64,000 bases of DNA from Zootoca vivipara (Eukaryota), in NCBI RefSeq assembly GCF_963506605.1, contig NC_083289.1, forward strand, positions 10,974,001-11,038,000. The letters are read 5' to 3'. Of the stretch, positions 13,368-25,330 are shown in pieces. Positions within the stretch are counted from its first letter, which is position 1, and the number at the start of each line of letters is the position of its first letter. Made by a program: the position numbers and the translations under genes. The notes under the pieces were generated by a model that did not search any database, was not told the DNA's origin, and saw only the letters and a list, made by a program, of their open reading frames with translations.

Positions 13368-13611
13368 TCATGTTCAAAGTCCGTTTCGGTGGCCTAATTC
13401 GGCCCGCTGGTCAGTTTAATCCGGCCCCTATGGCAGCTTATTTCCTGGGGTAAAATTCTTTTTAAAAAATCCACAACTTCAACCTTTAAAAAAGCTGAAC
13501 AACTTCAATCCTAAAAAAAAGGTCAACAAGTTGGTTGGCCCTTCTGTCGCTCCTCACAGCCCTTCACTTCATCAAATCTGGCCCTCTTTGAAAAAAGTTT
13601 GGACAACACTG
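13368..13611. mobile_element. Degenerate hAT-Charlie-like MITE
   Basis: cggcccgc/ccggccc subterminal motifs; right end aaaaagtttggacaacactg. Confidence 0.55.
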
Positions 13612-16051
13612 TACTGTAGATGAATTGTCTTGGGTGAGTCTAAGCATCTCACAATGAAACAGACAGTCCTAATTCAGCCTTGCTTCCAGTGATGGATGGT
13701 GGCAAAGGGAAAGTGTGTGTGTCTCTGTGTGTATTAGTAAGCAAGTAAGTACGGTAAGTAAGTAGGTAAGTAAGCAAGTACACCTCCCTATACCCATGGA
13801 AATAATGCAGAATAATAGCCTTTATTTCCTGTTTCTTCACAGACAACAAATGTTTGATCAGTATATTAAAATACACACATCCAAACACACCTATATAGGA
13901 ACTCATTTCCAACAGAAACTCTTGCATAAAATGTTAAGTGTTTTCCCCTCACCCTCCCCTCCAACAGTGGATCAAACATTATGAGTACCTTGGGCCAAAT
14001 ATAATCATAAACTTGAGATTAAATTGGATGGACACTATATGCTATATTTGGATCTCAATACCTGAAACAAAAAAAAAGGTAGTGCAAAGTATTTTAACTT
14101 CTTGATTCCTCATATTGCCTCATATTATGCCCGGCCTTGACCTAGTATCAAACATGAAGTCCTCAGAGGCTGAACCAGACACCCCAGGGGTCAAGGACCT
14201 TGAGGAGATAGCAGAGTTCACTGGAACCAGTGCTGAACAGTGTTTGAAACTGGGGGGGGGAGGGAAGCTAGGAGCCAAATGGCTTCTGGAACCTGGGTTG
14301 TAGGAGCAAAAACAAAATGTCTAGCTGCCATGGGTGGGGCAACATTTTTAATTTCTTGTTTTGATATGCATGAATTAATAAGCAATTCACGTAAGTGACA
14401 AATTGTTAATATCACATTTTAGCAGAAATTGTTAATGCATGTTTAATTTGGTGTTGAAAATAAAAATATTAGTGCCATACTTCAGTTTTCAAAACACTAT
14501 ACTCTTTATTGTTAAATGTCTTAACATATTGTCTATCCTTAACATATACTTTGAGGCTTCAAAGCACATACATTTCAGTAATCCTTGAGTGTCAGGCTCA
14601 AAAAATGGCACCCAGGCCTTTTGAGGTGCTCGCAAATGGATAGCATTTTGCGCCTGGCATCCTGCGTGCTGAAGACGTCTCTAAATAGCCTTCTGTGGAG
14701 AGACCTGATGAAGAATCCTTGGAGAAGAGGAGCAGAACAACCCTCCAGTCCTCAGGAACACTGGCACCCAAGTTCAGACTGAAGAGCAATGACATGCATA
14801 GCATGTCTCTGTTGCTCCAGAGTCACTGCACAGCCCATAAGTAAGCAATCCTTGAAACATTTCCATCACCAGCAACTGTGGTCAGAGTGGGGTCTAGGAA
14901 CCAGAGCATAGAAGGTTTCCCTTCTTGAGTTTTCCAGTTTCTGGAAACACCACAGGTCTCTGGCTCTTTGTTCCCAATTCAAATTCCCCCTCCTTGCTGT
15001 GTTGTACCTTCCCTGAACTCTCTGTGATACTGACCTTGGATAATCGCCTGATCTTGCCTCTGGGTTATGTTTTAGACCTAGACAAATTATCCATGTCTGA
15101 TCTTACTGTGTTTGGACTGTGCTGTAGCCCTAAGCCTGCCTTCATTGGTGGGTGTTTGGTAAGAGACTTATACCTCCTGGGACAAAGGGTACCTACCGGA
15201 GTATAGCAACACATCAGGTAATGTATGCATTTTTATTCTCAAATAGCATTTTTATTACATAAAAAAGTATTTTCCTACCCTATAAAGCAGATGCATCTGG
15301 CAAAAGGATCATGTCCGCACAGTTTGAAACAACCTCAATTTTACTAATGACGTACTTACAATAACTAATGTATGTCCAAAGTCTATATACTTTTATCAAA
15401 AATTAACACTGATCTTTACTCAGTACACTATCCTAAGGATGAGTAACCTAGTTTACAGATCATTAGCAATATATAAAAAAAATATAAAAGGGCACTTTTA
15501 AAAGAGAAAACTTCACCACATTATCTTCCTCAGACTTGGGCTTGCCTAACTTGCAGCAAATTTCCTACTTGTTTTAATTACTGTAGACACCACTGCATAT
15601 ATCTGAGTCTTGGAATGGCAACAGCCATTTGCAAATTCTTCCTCTAGAAAATGTAATACATACTGGTCTCCTCTACTGGTGTTGCAAGTTCACTTTATTT
15701 GGAAAATATTTAACAGCTGCCCTGTGCTTTGCCCCCCTCCCCATAGACAAGGATTTTCATGAGCAATAATTAGAGAACCAAAGGTTTGTTTGTGAAACAG
15801 AAAATTTGTGTGTATTTCAGTAACTGGGAATGAAAATAAAATACAAAGTAAAGAGAAAATTCAAATTAATGCAGTTTCTGAAAATATTTGCTTTTTAATT
15901 TTTATCACCAATTCTTTAGTAATAATCAAAGATCCATTTAACTTGGCAGAATGGGTCACAGCTACACATAATTTCATTCAACACTGGAAAAAATACTTAA
16001 TGCTTGGATGCTAGCACTACCCTATAAAACCACTACCCATGTACATAGTTA

Positions 16052-16409
16052 GGGATGCGGGTGGCGCTGTGGGTTAAACCACAGAGCCTAGGACTTGCTG
16101 ATCAAAAGGTTTGCAGTTTGAATCCCCACGATGGGTGAGCTCCCGTTGTTTGGTCCCTGCTCCTGCCAACCTAGAAGTTCAAAAGCACATCAAAGTGCAA
16201 GTAGATAAATAGGTACTGCTCCGTTGAGAAGGTAAATGGTGTTTCCGTGTGCTGCTCTGGTTCGCCAGAAGTGCCTTAGTCATGCTGGCCACATGACCTG
16301 GAAGCTGTACGCCGGCTCCCTCGGCCAGTAAAGCGAGATGCGCGCCACAACCCCCGAGTCGTCTGCGACTGGACCTAACAGTCAGGGGTCTCTTTACCTT
16401 TACCTTTTA
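16052..16409 (+). mobile_element. Sauria SINE, full length
   Basis: Head gggatgcgggtggcgctgtgggttaaacc, body aagtgcaagtagataaataggtac, tail (ttaccttt)n. Confidence 0.92.
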
Positions 16410-17069
16410 CTACTCCTGTTAGCCTGCTTTTAGGGTGCTGCAAGATTCTACAGTATTTTGGTCCTTGCCTGGTTTTGCTTCATAGGGCTGATTAGTTTAA
16501 AATATTATTCAGTTTCCTCAATGTCAGCACCATATTTTTAGGAGCCTAGGAAGGCAGGTACTGGGGATTCTGCCAGCACTCTTCACTTCCTTATTTACTG
16601 GAGGTCTTTAAATGCTATTCCAGTACATACAGAGGTGTAACTATTCTTCACAAAACAGAAACTATAAATTTATTACTTTGTAGGGTTATATTTCATAAAA
16701 CTCAAATTTTGAGCAAAACCCAGCATGAGTTTAAATATATCTGAGCAGAGTTGCCAGTTCTAGGATCTGGGCAGGAAAGTGAGCATTCTGTATGGGTCTT
16801 TAAGCAGAGGGAGTGGGGTGCCTTGGCGTCTGCGCCCCTGGGGAAATGGGGGCTGGAGGACTCGGAGCTCAGGCACAAGCAGACCTGCAGTCTCCAGGGG
16901 TCTCTCCTGCCTCCATCGCAGCCCCACGGAGAGAGAGATCAGGGAGGGGAAGTCTGACTGACCCTAGAAACAAGTGGAGAGGCGACCATGGGAGGCGCAG
17001 GATGGCATGGGCAGGATGCTGCCACTGCAGTAAGGGTTTTTATACTGGGTAGTAGATTGCAGCCTGGTG

Positions 17070-17277
17070 TATTGCTTTCATTTTATGGTTCAATGGCCTT
17101 GTTAGATAGTAAAATTCATGTTAAATTGCTGTTTTAGGGGTTGTTTTCTATCATCTGGAACGGATCAATCCATTTTCTATTACTTTCTGTGGGAAAGCAG
17201 GCCTTGGTTTAAGAACGCTTTGGTTTAAGAATGGACTTCCGGAACGGCTTAAATTCGTAAACCAAGGTACCACTGTA
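17070..17277. mobile_element. Tigger-like MITE, right end only
   Basis: Ends aaccaaggtaccactg-TA; internal ggacttccggaacgg motifs. Confidence 0.65.
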
Positions 17278-19333
17278 TTTTGGATTGCAGTCCCATTCTT
17301 CCATATACGGTACGAACACAAGCCAAGGAAGCATTTATCCATCTCATCTCATCTTCCACTATTAACAGATAATCTCTGCAGCAGGTGGGACAGGACTTGG
17401 CTAGTAGGCATGCTGGGCTGGCATCACTAAAGACTTTTTAGTACACAGAGGAAAGGGGAAACAGCATGCAAACTGCTTCCAAAATATAATTGTGGGAAGT
17501 GTATGTAGCCCCCTCCCTAAGACTCGAGGAAGAGTCTCAGCCATTGCCTCTATTCAGGAAAGATTGTCCAAGTGCTGGGATGGCCAGCTGGCAGACAGAC
17601 TACAATCCTCTCTAAACAAGAGTTTTGAAAGGAAACATATCTGAAATTTTTTTGAATACTAATTACAGAAACTTTAAAAATATACTTGAAATATACTCTT
17701 AAGGACCTGAATTAACTTTTAATCTACCTTAAAATAAATATTTTGCTATTTAATAGATATTGCAGTTGCTTCAGTGATTTCAGAAACAGAACCTCAACAT
17801 GCTGTAAAATCACTTGACACTGTAAACTGGAAGAAAGGAATTCAGTCTCTTTCCAAGCTACCTTTTATTGCCATGTCAAAATCTTAACTTTATATATATA
17901 TCACATACCATATTTATTTAAATACTATATTTAGTGAAAGGAGGAGTCCGATACACACTGTCCAATAAGTAAAATAATGTTCTAGACTAGATTATTTTAC
18001 AAGCAAGAGGGAAGCTTCAGCTGACAAAGTGAATTGGCCCTAGTGACAAAACAAGCAAGTTTTGCAGCTTGGGAGCTCAGCAGCCAAGCAAAGAGGCCAG
18101 GGCAGACTACTCTTACCCTTCTATTTTAACCAAACAAATCCCAGGCTCCCAAGTAAACAACAACAAGTATGCTGGAATAAAGTCAGTAAAGGTGTAAGGG
18201 CTATCCAGAGTACTGCACAGCACATCACCTAACAAACATATCTGCCTACCAGACAGAAGTCAGGAGTGTGCCCAATGCAATGAGCTTCTAGTTCTCAGGA
18301 AATATGTTTGTTCTCTAGAGGCCAAGGTGGCTGACCTGGAAAAGCTCAGAGAGGTTGGTGGATGAAGCCTTCAATGATATGATAGTAGCATCTCACACCT
18401 GGGGTCACAGCTCTTCCACTGTCATGGAAAACCAGAGTCTCAGCTTGGGCATCACTCTGAGAAAAAGGAAAATGATCCCTTAGAAGAGACCCATTCCTTG
18501 GGGCTGAGCAATGTCCTCTCACTAAGGATACTAACTGGGGTAGGGGTGTTAGAAGCAGTGTTCAAAATTCACAAGACACCAGGCACATTTTGCACCTGGT
18601 AAGCTAAGGTTACAGTCGCCAAAATGGAATGTCTAGCTGCCATTCTGGGGTAAGATGGCACAAAAATCATTTAATATGGCTTTCTGGTTCATGAAATTTG
18701 TTCTGATTGTGCAGATAAAATATCACAGATGGAATTCTAAAGGATGTGTTGTTAGAGTGTGAAAACAGGCAAGATCCAAGGATCCCCAGGCATACACCTC
18801 CAGATGGTGAGTACATCAGGTGCCATCCTGGTGCCCAAGCATTTTCACTTGGTTGCAAGTGGCCGATAGTCAGGTGCAAAATTCACATGGTGAATTCACA
18901 CACACACACACAGGGATAAGAGTGAAAACATTTATGATTATCAAAAGCAGGGAAGCGGTAGAACTAGGCATTGAAAGTGCAGGGCACATGATAGCAATTC
19001 AAAAGGGCCAAGGGGCCATATAGCAAAATTTACACACCAAACACATTTGAAGGCACACAGTCATCAATAAGGGTTTCTATGCTAATGCTGAAGCTTCTAT
19101 GTCAAGAGGGTTAAGCTGCCATGCTTGGTCTTAAACCAGAGTATAGATATAGTGGCTGGAATGGAAAATGCCAGTGGGACATTATAATTTCTGAACACAA
19201 AATATATGAAGAACAGAGGAAATAATACTGGTGGTGGCAGTACTGCATACATCAAAGAAGACAGAGGAATCCAACAAACTAGAAATCGGAAAATGAGCAG
19301 AATCTTCCACAGAAATCACTATGGGCAGTAGTA

Positions 19334-19426
19334 AAATAAAAAAATTCCTTCAGTAGCACCTTAAAGACCAACTAAGTTTTTATTTTGGTATGAGCTTTCG
19401 TGTGCATGCACACTTCTTCAGATACC
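19334..19426 (-). mobile_element. 93-bp Penelope-like mini-insert with 12-bp TSD, nested in a CR1 fragment
   Basis: Same family as 7608-7828. TSD tgggcagtagta at 19322-19333 and 19427-19438. Confidence 0.8.
19387..19426 (-). ncRNA. Minimal type I hammerhead ribozyme motif
   Basis: ggtat-CTGAAGA-a-gtgtg-catg-cacac-GAAA-gc-TC-atacc with a 5-bp stem I. Predicted cleavage between 19392 and 19391. Confidence 0.72.
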
Positions 19427-20928
19427 TGGGCAGTAGTATCAGCCTCTGACAGTAATTCACTATTGGAGACATACTGTCACACTCCAAAATCCCCAGGGTG
19501 ACCTTGATATAGATAAAGAAATCAGGGAGACATCCAAAGGATGCAGTAATGAGTGACTTCTATTACTCTCACAAATATTGGGTAAATATGTGTTTCACTC
19601 AGAGATAGGTACCCTAAAAGAATACAGCATGCCTAGAAGATTATAAAACTGACCAGAGGGACCATGACTCCCAAGACCTGCCATCAAATTCAACACATAT
19701 AAATTAACAATTTTGAAGGAAGTCTTAAACAGCAAAATTTGACTTCAAAAGGAGAAATTCCAAAAAATGAGGGAAGTGATAAGAAAATTGAAAGAGAAAG
19801 GCAGAAAAGACAAATATCTTCAGAATGCTTGGAGTTTTTTCAAAACCACAATAATAGATGCTCAGTTTGAATATATAGGAAAGGTACCCCCAGGCTTAAA
19901 AAGGATGCAAGAAGCTTCAGAAAATGGATATCTCGTACAAAGGAGAACAAAAAGGAACTCAAATATTTGGCAAAATAAATGCCAGCAGGCAATGAGGGAA
20001 GTAAAAACAATGGTTTTTGAGGAGTACATGGATAAATGTTCAAAAAAATTATGATCAAGAAAATTATTATTGGAAAGTAACATGCTAGAAGCAAAAAAAA
20101 CTGACTAGAGAAACAGTTGGACCTCTGGGCAACAAGGGAGTTAAAGGTGTGCTAAAGGGAAAAAGGGGGGGACTGCCGAGAAGCAGAATTAGCAGCATTT
20201 GTCCACAGTGGTAGGTATAAAGCAGACTCCTGTGCCTTAACTAACTTCCTGAGGAAAGGAGTGTAAGAACTGAGACAGAAAATATTGATAAGAAATGAAA
20301 TTATAGGCCTTACTGATAAATTAAAAGCCAACAAACTGATAGGTTTAGAGAGTTCTTTACTCAAATATGAAATTGCTGATCTTCTAACAAAAATATGTAA
20401 CTTGTCACTAACATCACCCTCTGTATCTGAGGACTGGAAAGCAGCCAATGTAGTACTGGTTTTTAAAAAGGGATCCCAGAAGGAATCCAGGAAATGACCA
20501 GCTGGTTTGTTCCAACATCTTTTGGGAAAACTGGTGGAAAACCAGTTAAGGACTGGAATGACGTACTTGCACCAGCTCCTCATCCTGCAACCTAGTCGTT
20601 CACTGGACTGCCCTGTGTTTGACCTTGGAATGTTCCTGGACCTTGCCTTTTGCATTGCCCCAAGGATTTGACTTCAGACCACGACCAGAAGAAGCCCACC
20701 AATAATTAACATCTCATCCTCCACCCCTGCTGGCCAACGCCCCTGCTTTACGCCTTCCATGGGCAGCAGCCTGGATGCCAAGACCAAGGTGCAGCTCATA
20801 CAGGATGCCAGGATTCTGCTGAGGCACCCTCACTGTCTTTACTGTGGCCCATCCTCCTGCCTGGTAGACTCAGCTAGCCACCCTACTCACTCCCCTCAGC
20901 AGCTGCAGCAGCTGCCTCCTCTGCCACT

Positions 20929-21112
20929 ACATCAGCCAAGGAGCAACTGAGGAAACTGGAACAGCTGTTGGTGGATGGGCTTGTAGCACAGTAAGAGCAT
21001 CCTGAGCGTGGCAGTACTGCTGGACCTCCTGGTCAGCCTCTACACTGAGTGCAGCCATGACTCGCTACTCCAGAGGGACAAGCGCATCTCGAACTTCCTT
21101 GTTTCGGAATGG
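20929..21112 (+). pseudogene. Decayed copy of the first coding exon of an MRCK/DMPK-family kinase, most like CDC42BPB
   Basis: Translates as TSAKEQLRKLEQLLVDG-(+1 frameshift, TAG)-HSKSILSVAVLLDLLVSLYTECSHDSLLQRDKRISNFLVSEW, versus recalled human CDC42BPB [58 protein letters not shown]. The start has decayed to ACA after Kozak-like gccact. Many changes are CpG transitions. Confidence 0.8.
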
Positions 21113-21237
21113 AGCTCCTGATTATTAAGAGCAACAGGGGCAAGTTCCTCATCAACAGTGCATAGGCAGCCTACCTAGAGTCAACATCCACATTACCACT
21201 TATAGGCCCCAAAGCCACCTAGTCTCCATCAGGGACA

Positions 21238-21700
21238 TGATGAAGCATCTAAGCAGAGACATGATGAAAATGTTTATATATGCAGTGGAGACATTTCTAT
21301 TATTTTCTTTTAATACCAAAACCCAGGATCAAGGCCATCCAATTAACCTGAATGTTGGTCAGATCAAAAGAAGTATTTCTCTACACAGCACAATGTTAAG
21401 CTATAGAGCTCACTGCCATGAGATCTAGTTATGGCCTCCAACTTTGATTTTAAAATAGATTTGGGACAAATTCATGGCTTATAAGACTATCAATGGCTAC
21501 TGGACATGGTGGTGATACTGTCAGAGGGAGTATGCTTCTGAACACCAGTTGCTGCAATTCACAATGTGCAGAACGCTGTTGTACTCAGGTCCTGCTTGTG
21601 GACTTCCCAAAGGCATCTGGTTGGCCACCATGAGAACAAAATACTAGACTAGATGGGCCTTTGATCTGACATAGCAGGGATCTTCTTACATTCATATTAA
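21238..21700 (+). mobile_element. CR1 LINE 3' end
   Basis: gagacatgat... ORF2 tail and 3' UTR ggcatctggttggccac...ctagatgggcc. Confidence 0.7.
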
Positions 21701-21756
21701 CACCAACTTATTACCAACTTATGGTAAGACATAACACAGTCATACTTGGAATAGAC

Positions 21757-22134
21757 CAGGCCTCCCCAAACTTACTACGCTTTGGGCCGGTGCCTGAAGT
21801 GCTGATCGCGCGGAGGGTGGGGGAGCGCGTGGCCCAAAGGACCGATTTATCCAGCCCGCGGCGACCCCCCGCCTTCCGCTCTTAGCGGTGCGGCGCAGCT
21901 GCCCACTTCCGGCACTGGAAATACCTTGCGTGCATGTGCAAGCGTCATTTCCGGTGCACTTCCAGGTCGGGGGGAGGCCCGTGTGCATGCGCACAAGCTA
22001 TTTCCGGTGCTCCTGTGACCTGGAAGTGCTCCAGAAATAGTATGTGCGCACATGTATGGGCACGCGCTCCCCACCCTCCGCGCGATCAGCACTTCAGGCA
22101 CCGGCCCAAAGCGCAGTAAGTTTGGGGAGGCCTG
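21757..22134. mobile_element. Non-autonomous hAT (Charlie-like) element within a larger palindrome (21731-22160)
   Basis: Termini caggcctccccaaact / agtttggggaggcctg; CpG-rich interior related to 2866-3212. Confidence 0.8.
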
Positions 22135-24929
22135 GTCTATTCCAAGTATGACTGTGTTATTATACTACTGTAAAAAGTTCACATTTAAAACAATCTACCT
22201 TTTCTGAATCCTGCCACTTGCCATGTAATTCTATAACCTCACTGTCCATAAATGGAATATAGGTTGTCTTTATTTAAAAATTAACAAAGATTTTGTCTGA
22301 GTTTAGAAGTTTTAGTATCAATTTATAGCCAACATTTTCAATAGTATCTATTAAAGCAGAGCTACTGAAAGGACTGGGGAAGTTATACAGGCAGGTATTT
22401 ATTTGATTTGTAGGACTTTCAATCGCCTGTGTTGAAAATATAATGGATGAAAATAAGTATGTTTTTTATTTTGCATCATGATAACTAAATCACATAAAAT
22501 TTATGTAAAACATACATTGCTAGATACTAGCAGTACATAATTATATGTGGCTCTCTTTAATATTAAATGCAGCCGGTACATACCTGTTATGTAAGTCTTG
22601 GGTAATTTTCCTAATCAACAAAACTGAGACTAGGATCTAAAGCATAGTGCATCTAATTCTAGATACTCAAAGGGGCTTTCAAGTTGTGTTTCCAGCCTTC
22701 TACCTCATTGCCAATGTCACATAAAAGCCTGGCTAAATTGAGAGAACTGTAGAAAGCAGTTTGTGATACCACATGGTGGCCAGCTGTTTGGATAAAGAAA
22801 AGTATAAAAATCCTACTTGATGTGTGCAAGCCATTCAGCATGACTAGTCGTTTCTGCCTGACCATTTCTAGGTTTTGTACAAATTTTCAACATCTGAGGG
22901 CAAATAGCAAAATAATTTATTTGGTCTTGTTTCCATAGCATATTACCATGGAAGGCTTTTACTTCTTTCTGGATTATCTATGGACTTGCATGCTTAATAA
23001 TGATAAACATAATCCACCCAAAGTTAAGAACTTTTCAATTCTGTTGGTATTGATGGAAGAAAGTCAAATGTTTATTTAGTAATTCCACAAATTAGAATGG
23101 ATTTAGAAGAGCTTAACTTTGAAAAGGCTGTGGTCCCTTCCTTTTAAAAAAATAAAAATAAATCCACACCATCCTGCAAAGTGATCCTGAGCTACATTTT
23201 CACCTTTGCAGGACTCACATGCAAGTTCCTTAGAGTAATACATTCATTCTCCTACACTGCTGTATAACCATTTTTCCTCTTCTAAAAGGGAGCTTTGTTA
23301 ATTTCATTTCTGCAGAAAACTAATTAAGGGTTTTTTTAAGGAGGAAAGGGTCAGGAGACAAATACACCACGTACAAGAGCAGTGGAGTGCACAGACTGAA
23401 ATGTGTGTGTTTGTGTATTAAAAGGGAAGCTTGCTGAAATGGTTGGGGTGGGCTGGGATAGGGCGGCTTTTAGCCAATTTTCTGTTGATGCTGATGCCAA
23501 ACACCCAGTCACTAAAGCCTGCTTTTAAGAAGGCTTTGAAAAAAGCACAACATGACACAAGAAAGAGTGGGGATTGCATGGCTTGTCATTACTGAAAGAG
23601 TAAAACAAACACCAGCTAACCCATGATATAAACCTTTTCACACTTGATGCTTCATTTTAAATGATTTTTACATTTAAGCCCAAAAGCTCTATATACAATG
23701 CTATCCACACTGCAGAGTCATGTTGAAAATACTCTTGAGGAAGACATAGCCACAACAAATTCTGTGCATCCTTTATAGCTTACAGTGATGTTTCAGTCCA
23801 ACACTGCTTAGCAGTGATGTTACAGAATGTACTGATTTGTCTCCATACTGCAGTGTTCTAACTGCACAGCAAACCCACGGACTAAACTAAGAGTCATAGC
23901 TACTTCCAGAAATCCAGCTAAGTATAAGAAAAGGTTGCTTTGTTATCGAGTACACACAGCTGCAAAGAATAGAAGAAAAAACTGAAATACAAAAGTTTTT
24001 ACTGACAAAGTCTTAAGGAAGTGGAAAATTCTGAAATTTAAGAGATGCAGGCAAAAGAACCTCTGTATCATGTAGGAGAGGGGGGAAAGTGTTTTTGGTT
24101 TTTTTCTTCTATCAGCCAGCCTGGCCAGGAATCTTTTCATTTGGATCACAATGGAGCAGCTGTAGCCCAGATTTCAGCCCCAGACACATGCAATGCAACA
24201 GCAACCATCATTTTTTCCCCAACAGTGCCAGAAATACAAGACACTGTAGCAGGGTTCCAAAAATGGATGATCTCATACTACATCCACACCGCAGGGATGG
24301 GGGTGGGTAGCGAAGTAGAAGGCTCCATGACCTTGCAAGCAGTTTCCAAAGGGGGGGGGAGGTAATATCTAGAAGGGGGACTGGGGGAGGAATCTTTTAA
24401 ATAAATTTCGTGAGAAACACGCAGAGGAACGCGGGAGCCCCTGACGGTGGACAGAACCAGCAAAGCCGGAAGGCAGAGGGAAGGCTACCAATGCCCTGGA
24501 ATGAATGAACATCCCGCAGCTCCCTCCCACTCCGTTTAGGACGCAAGGGACTAGAAACCTGCCCAGCCACCCGCTCCGTCAGGATTAGAATCAGGATTAG
24601 GATTAGGACTAGGTCCCCCCCCCCCCGCTTCTCCCTTCCTCTCAACCATTTCCTCTTTTCCCGCCCGTCAGGTTACGAAGGAAGCAGGCGGCATCGGGGA
24701 GGCAGAGGCGGCAGCCTAGCACAGCCGCAGGTGCCGAGGCGGCGACCGGAGACCGTGAGGGGAAAGGAAGCCCGGCTCAGAAGGGCTCCGTCCGCGGTGC
24801 CGCGTCGCGCCCCCCCCCCCGGCCGCTTCATAACCGGCTGCACTGAGAGTAGCAGAAGGAAGGAAGAGCCGCCAACCCGGCGGGATTGGGTGCCCGGGGA
24901 CTCCGAAGAATGAGTGGAAAGCGCCTCAC

Positions 24930-25330
24930 CTGTGGGTCGGGCGGGGCCGCCGCATCCCTCCGCTTATCGTGCCCCCTCACGGGCTGGGAGAGGCGGGGAG
25001 GGGAAGACGACGACGACCGCCAGCACCGCCGCGCCGCAGTCTCCGCCTCCTCCTGCTGCTGCCGCCTCGCGTCCGCGCTCCTCAGTCTCCCTTCCCTCGC
25101 CCCCACCCTCCGCTGCTCTGTGAGGAAGACGCCGCTTCGCCTCGCTCCTCTTCCCTCCCTCCCGCGCGCACACACAGACACACACACACGAAGGCACGCG
25201 CAAAGCCCGCCTCTCCAATCACGCCTCGTCGTCCCCCATCAATCCCCGCCCTTCGCTCTCTCTCTCGCGCTCTCTCTCGGGCCCCCTCCTCCGCCCGCCC
25301 CTCCCTCCTCCGCCGAGCTGTGAGAAGAAC
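24930..25330 (-). other. MYO9A: Putative non-coding first exon of MYO9A (upper boundary approximate)
   Basis: Minus-strand donor CAG|GTGAGG at 24930/24929 inside the CpG island. Identity rests only on recalled head-to-head MYO9A-SENP8 synteny; no MYO9A coding sequence is in the window. Confidence 0.6.

Larger units (their letters stand above)
19050..20542 (+). mobile_element. Decayed CR1 LINE (endonuclease to start of RT)
   Basis: Remnant peptides EIADLLTKICNLSL...EDWKAANVVLVFKKGS and NAWSFFKTTIIDAQ; many stops and frameshifts. Confidence 0.8.
1..24929 (-). other. MYO9A: Inferred intron 1 of MYO9A (continues beyond the left edge of the window)
   Basis: AT-rich and repeat-rich. The large first coding exon of MYO9A (RA domain/motor start) is absent from the ORF track. 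Confidence 0.55.

Noticed and set aside
20152-20655. 167-aa minus-strand ORF
   Set aside because: Antisense to decayed CR1 and crosses an insertion junction.
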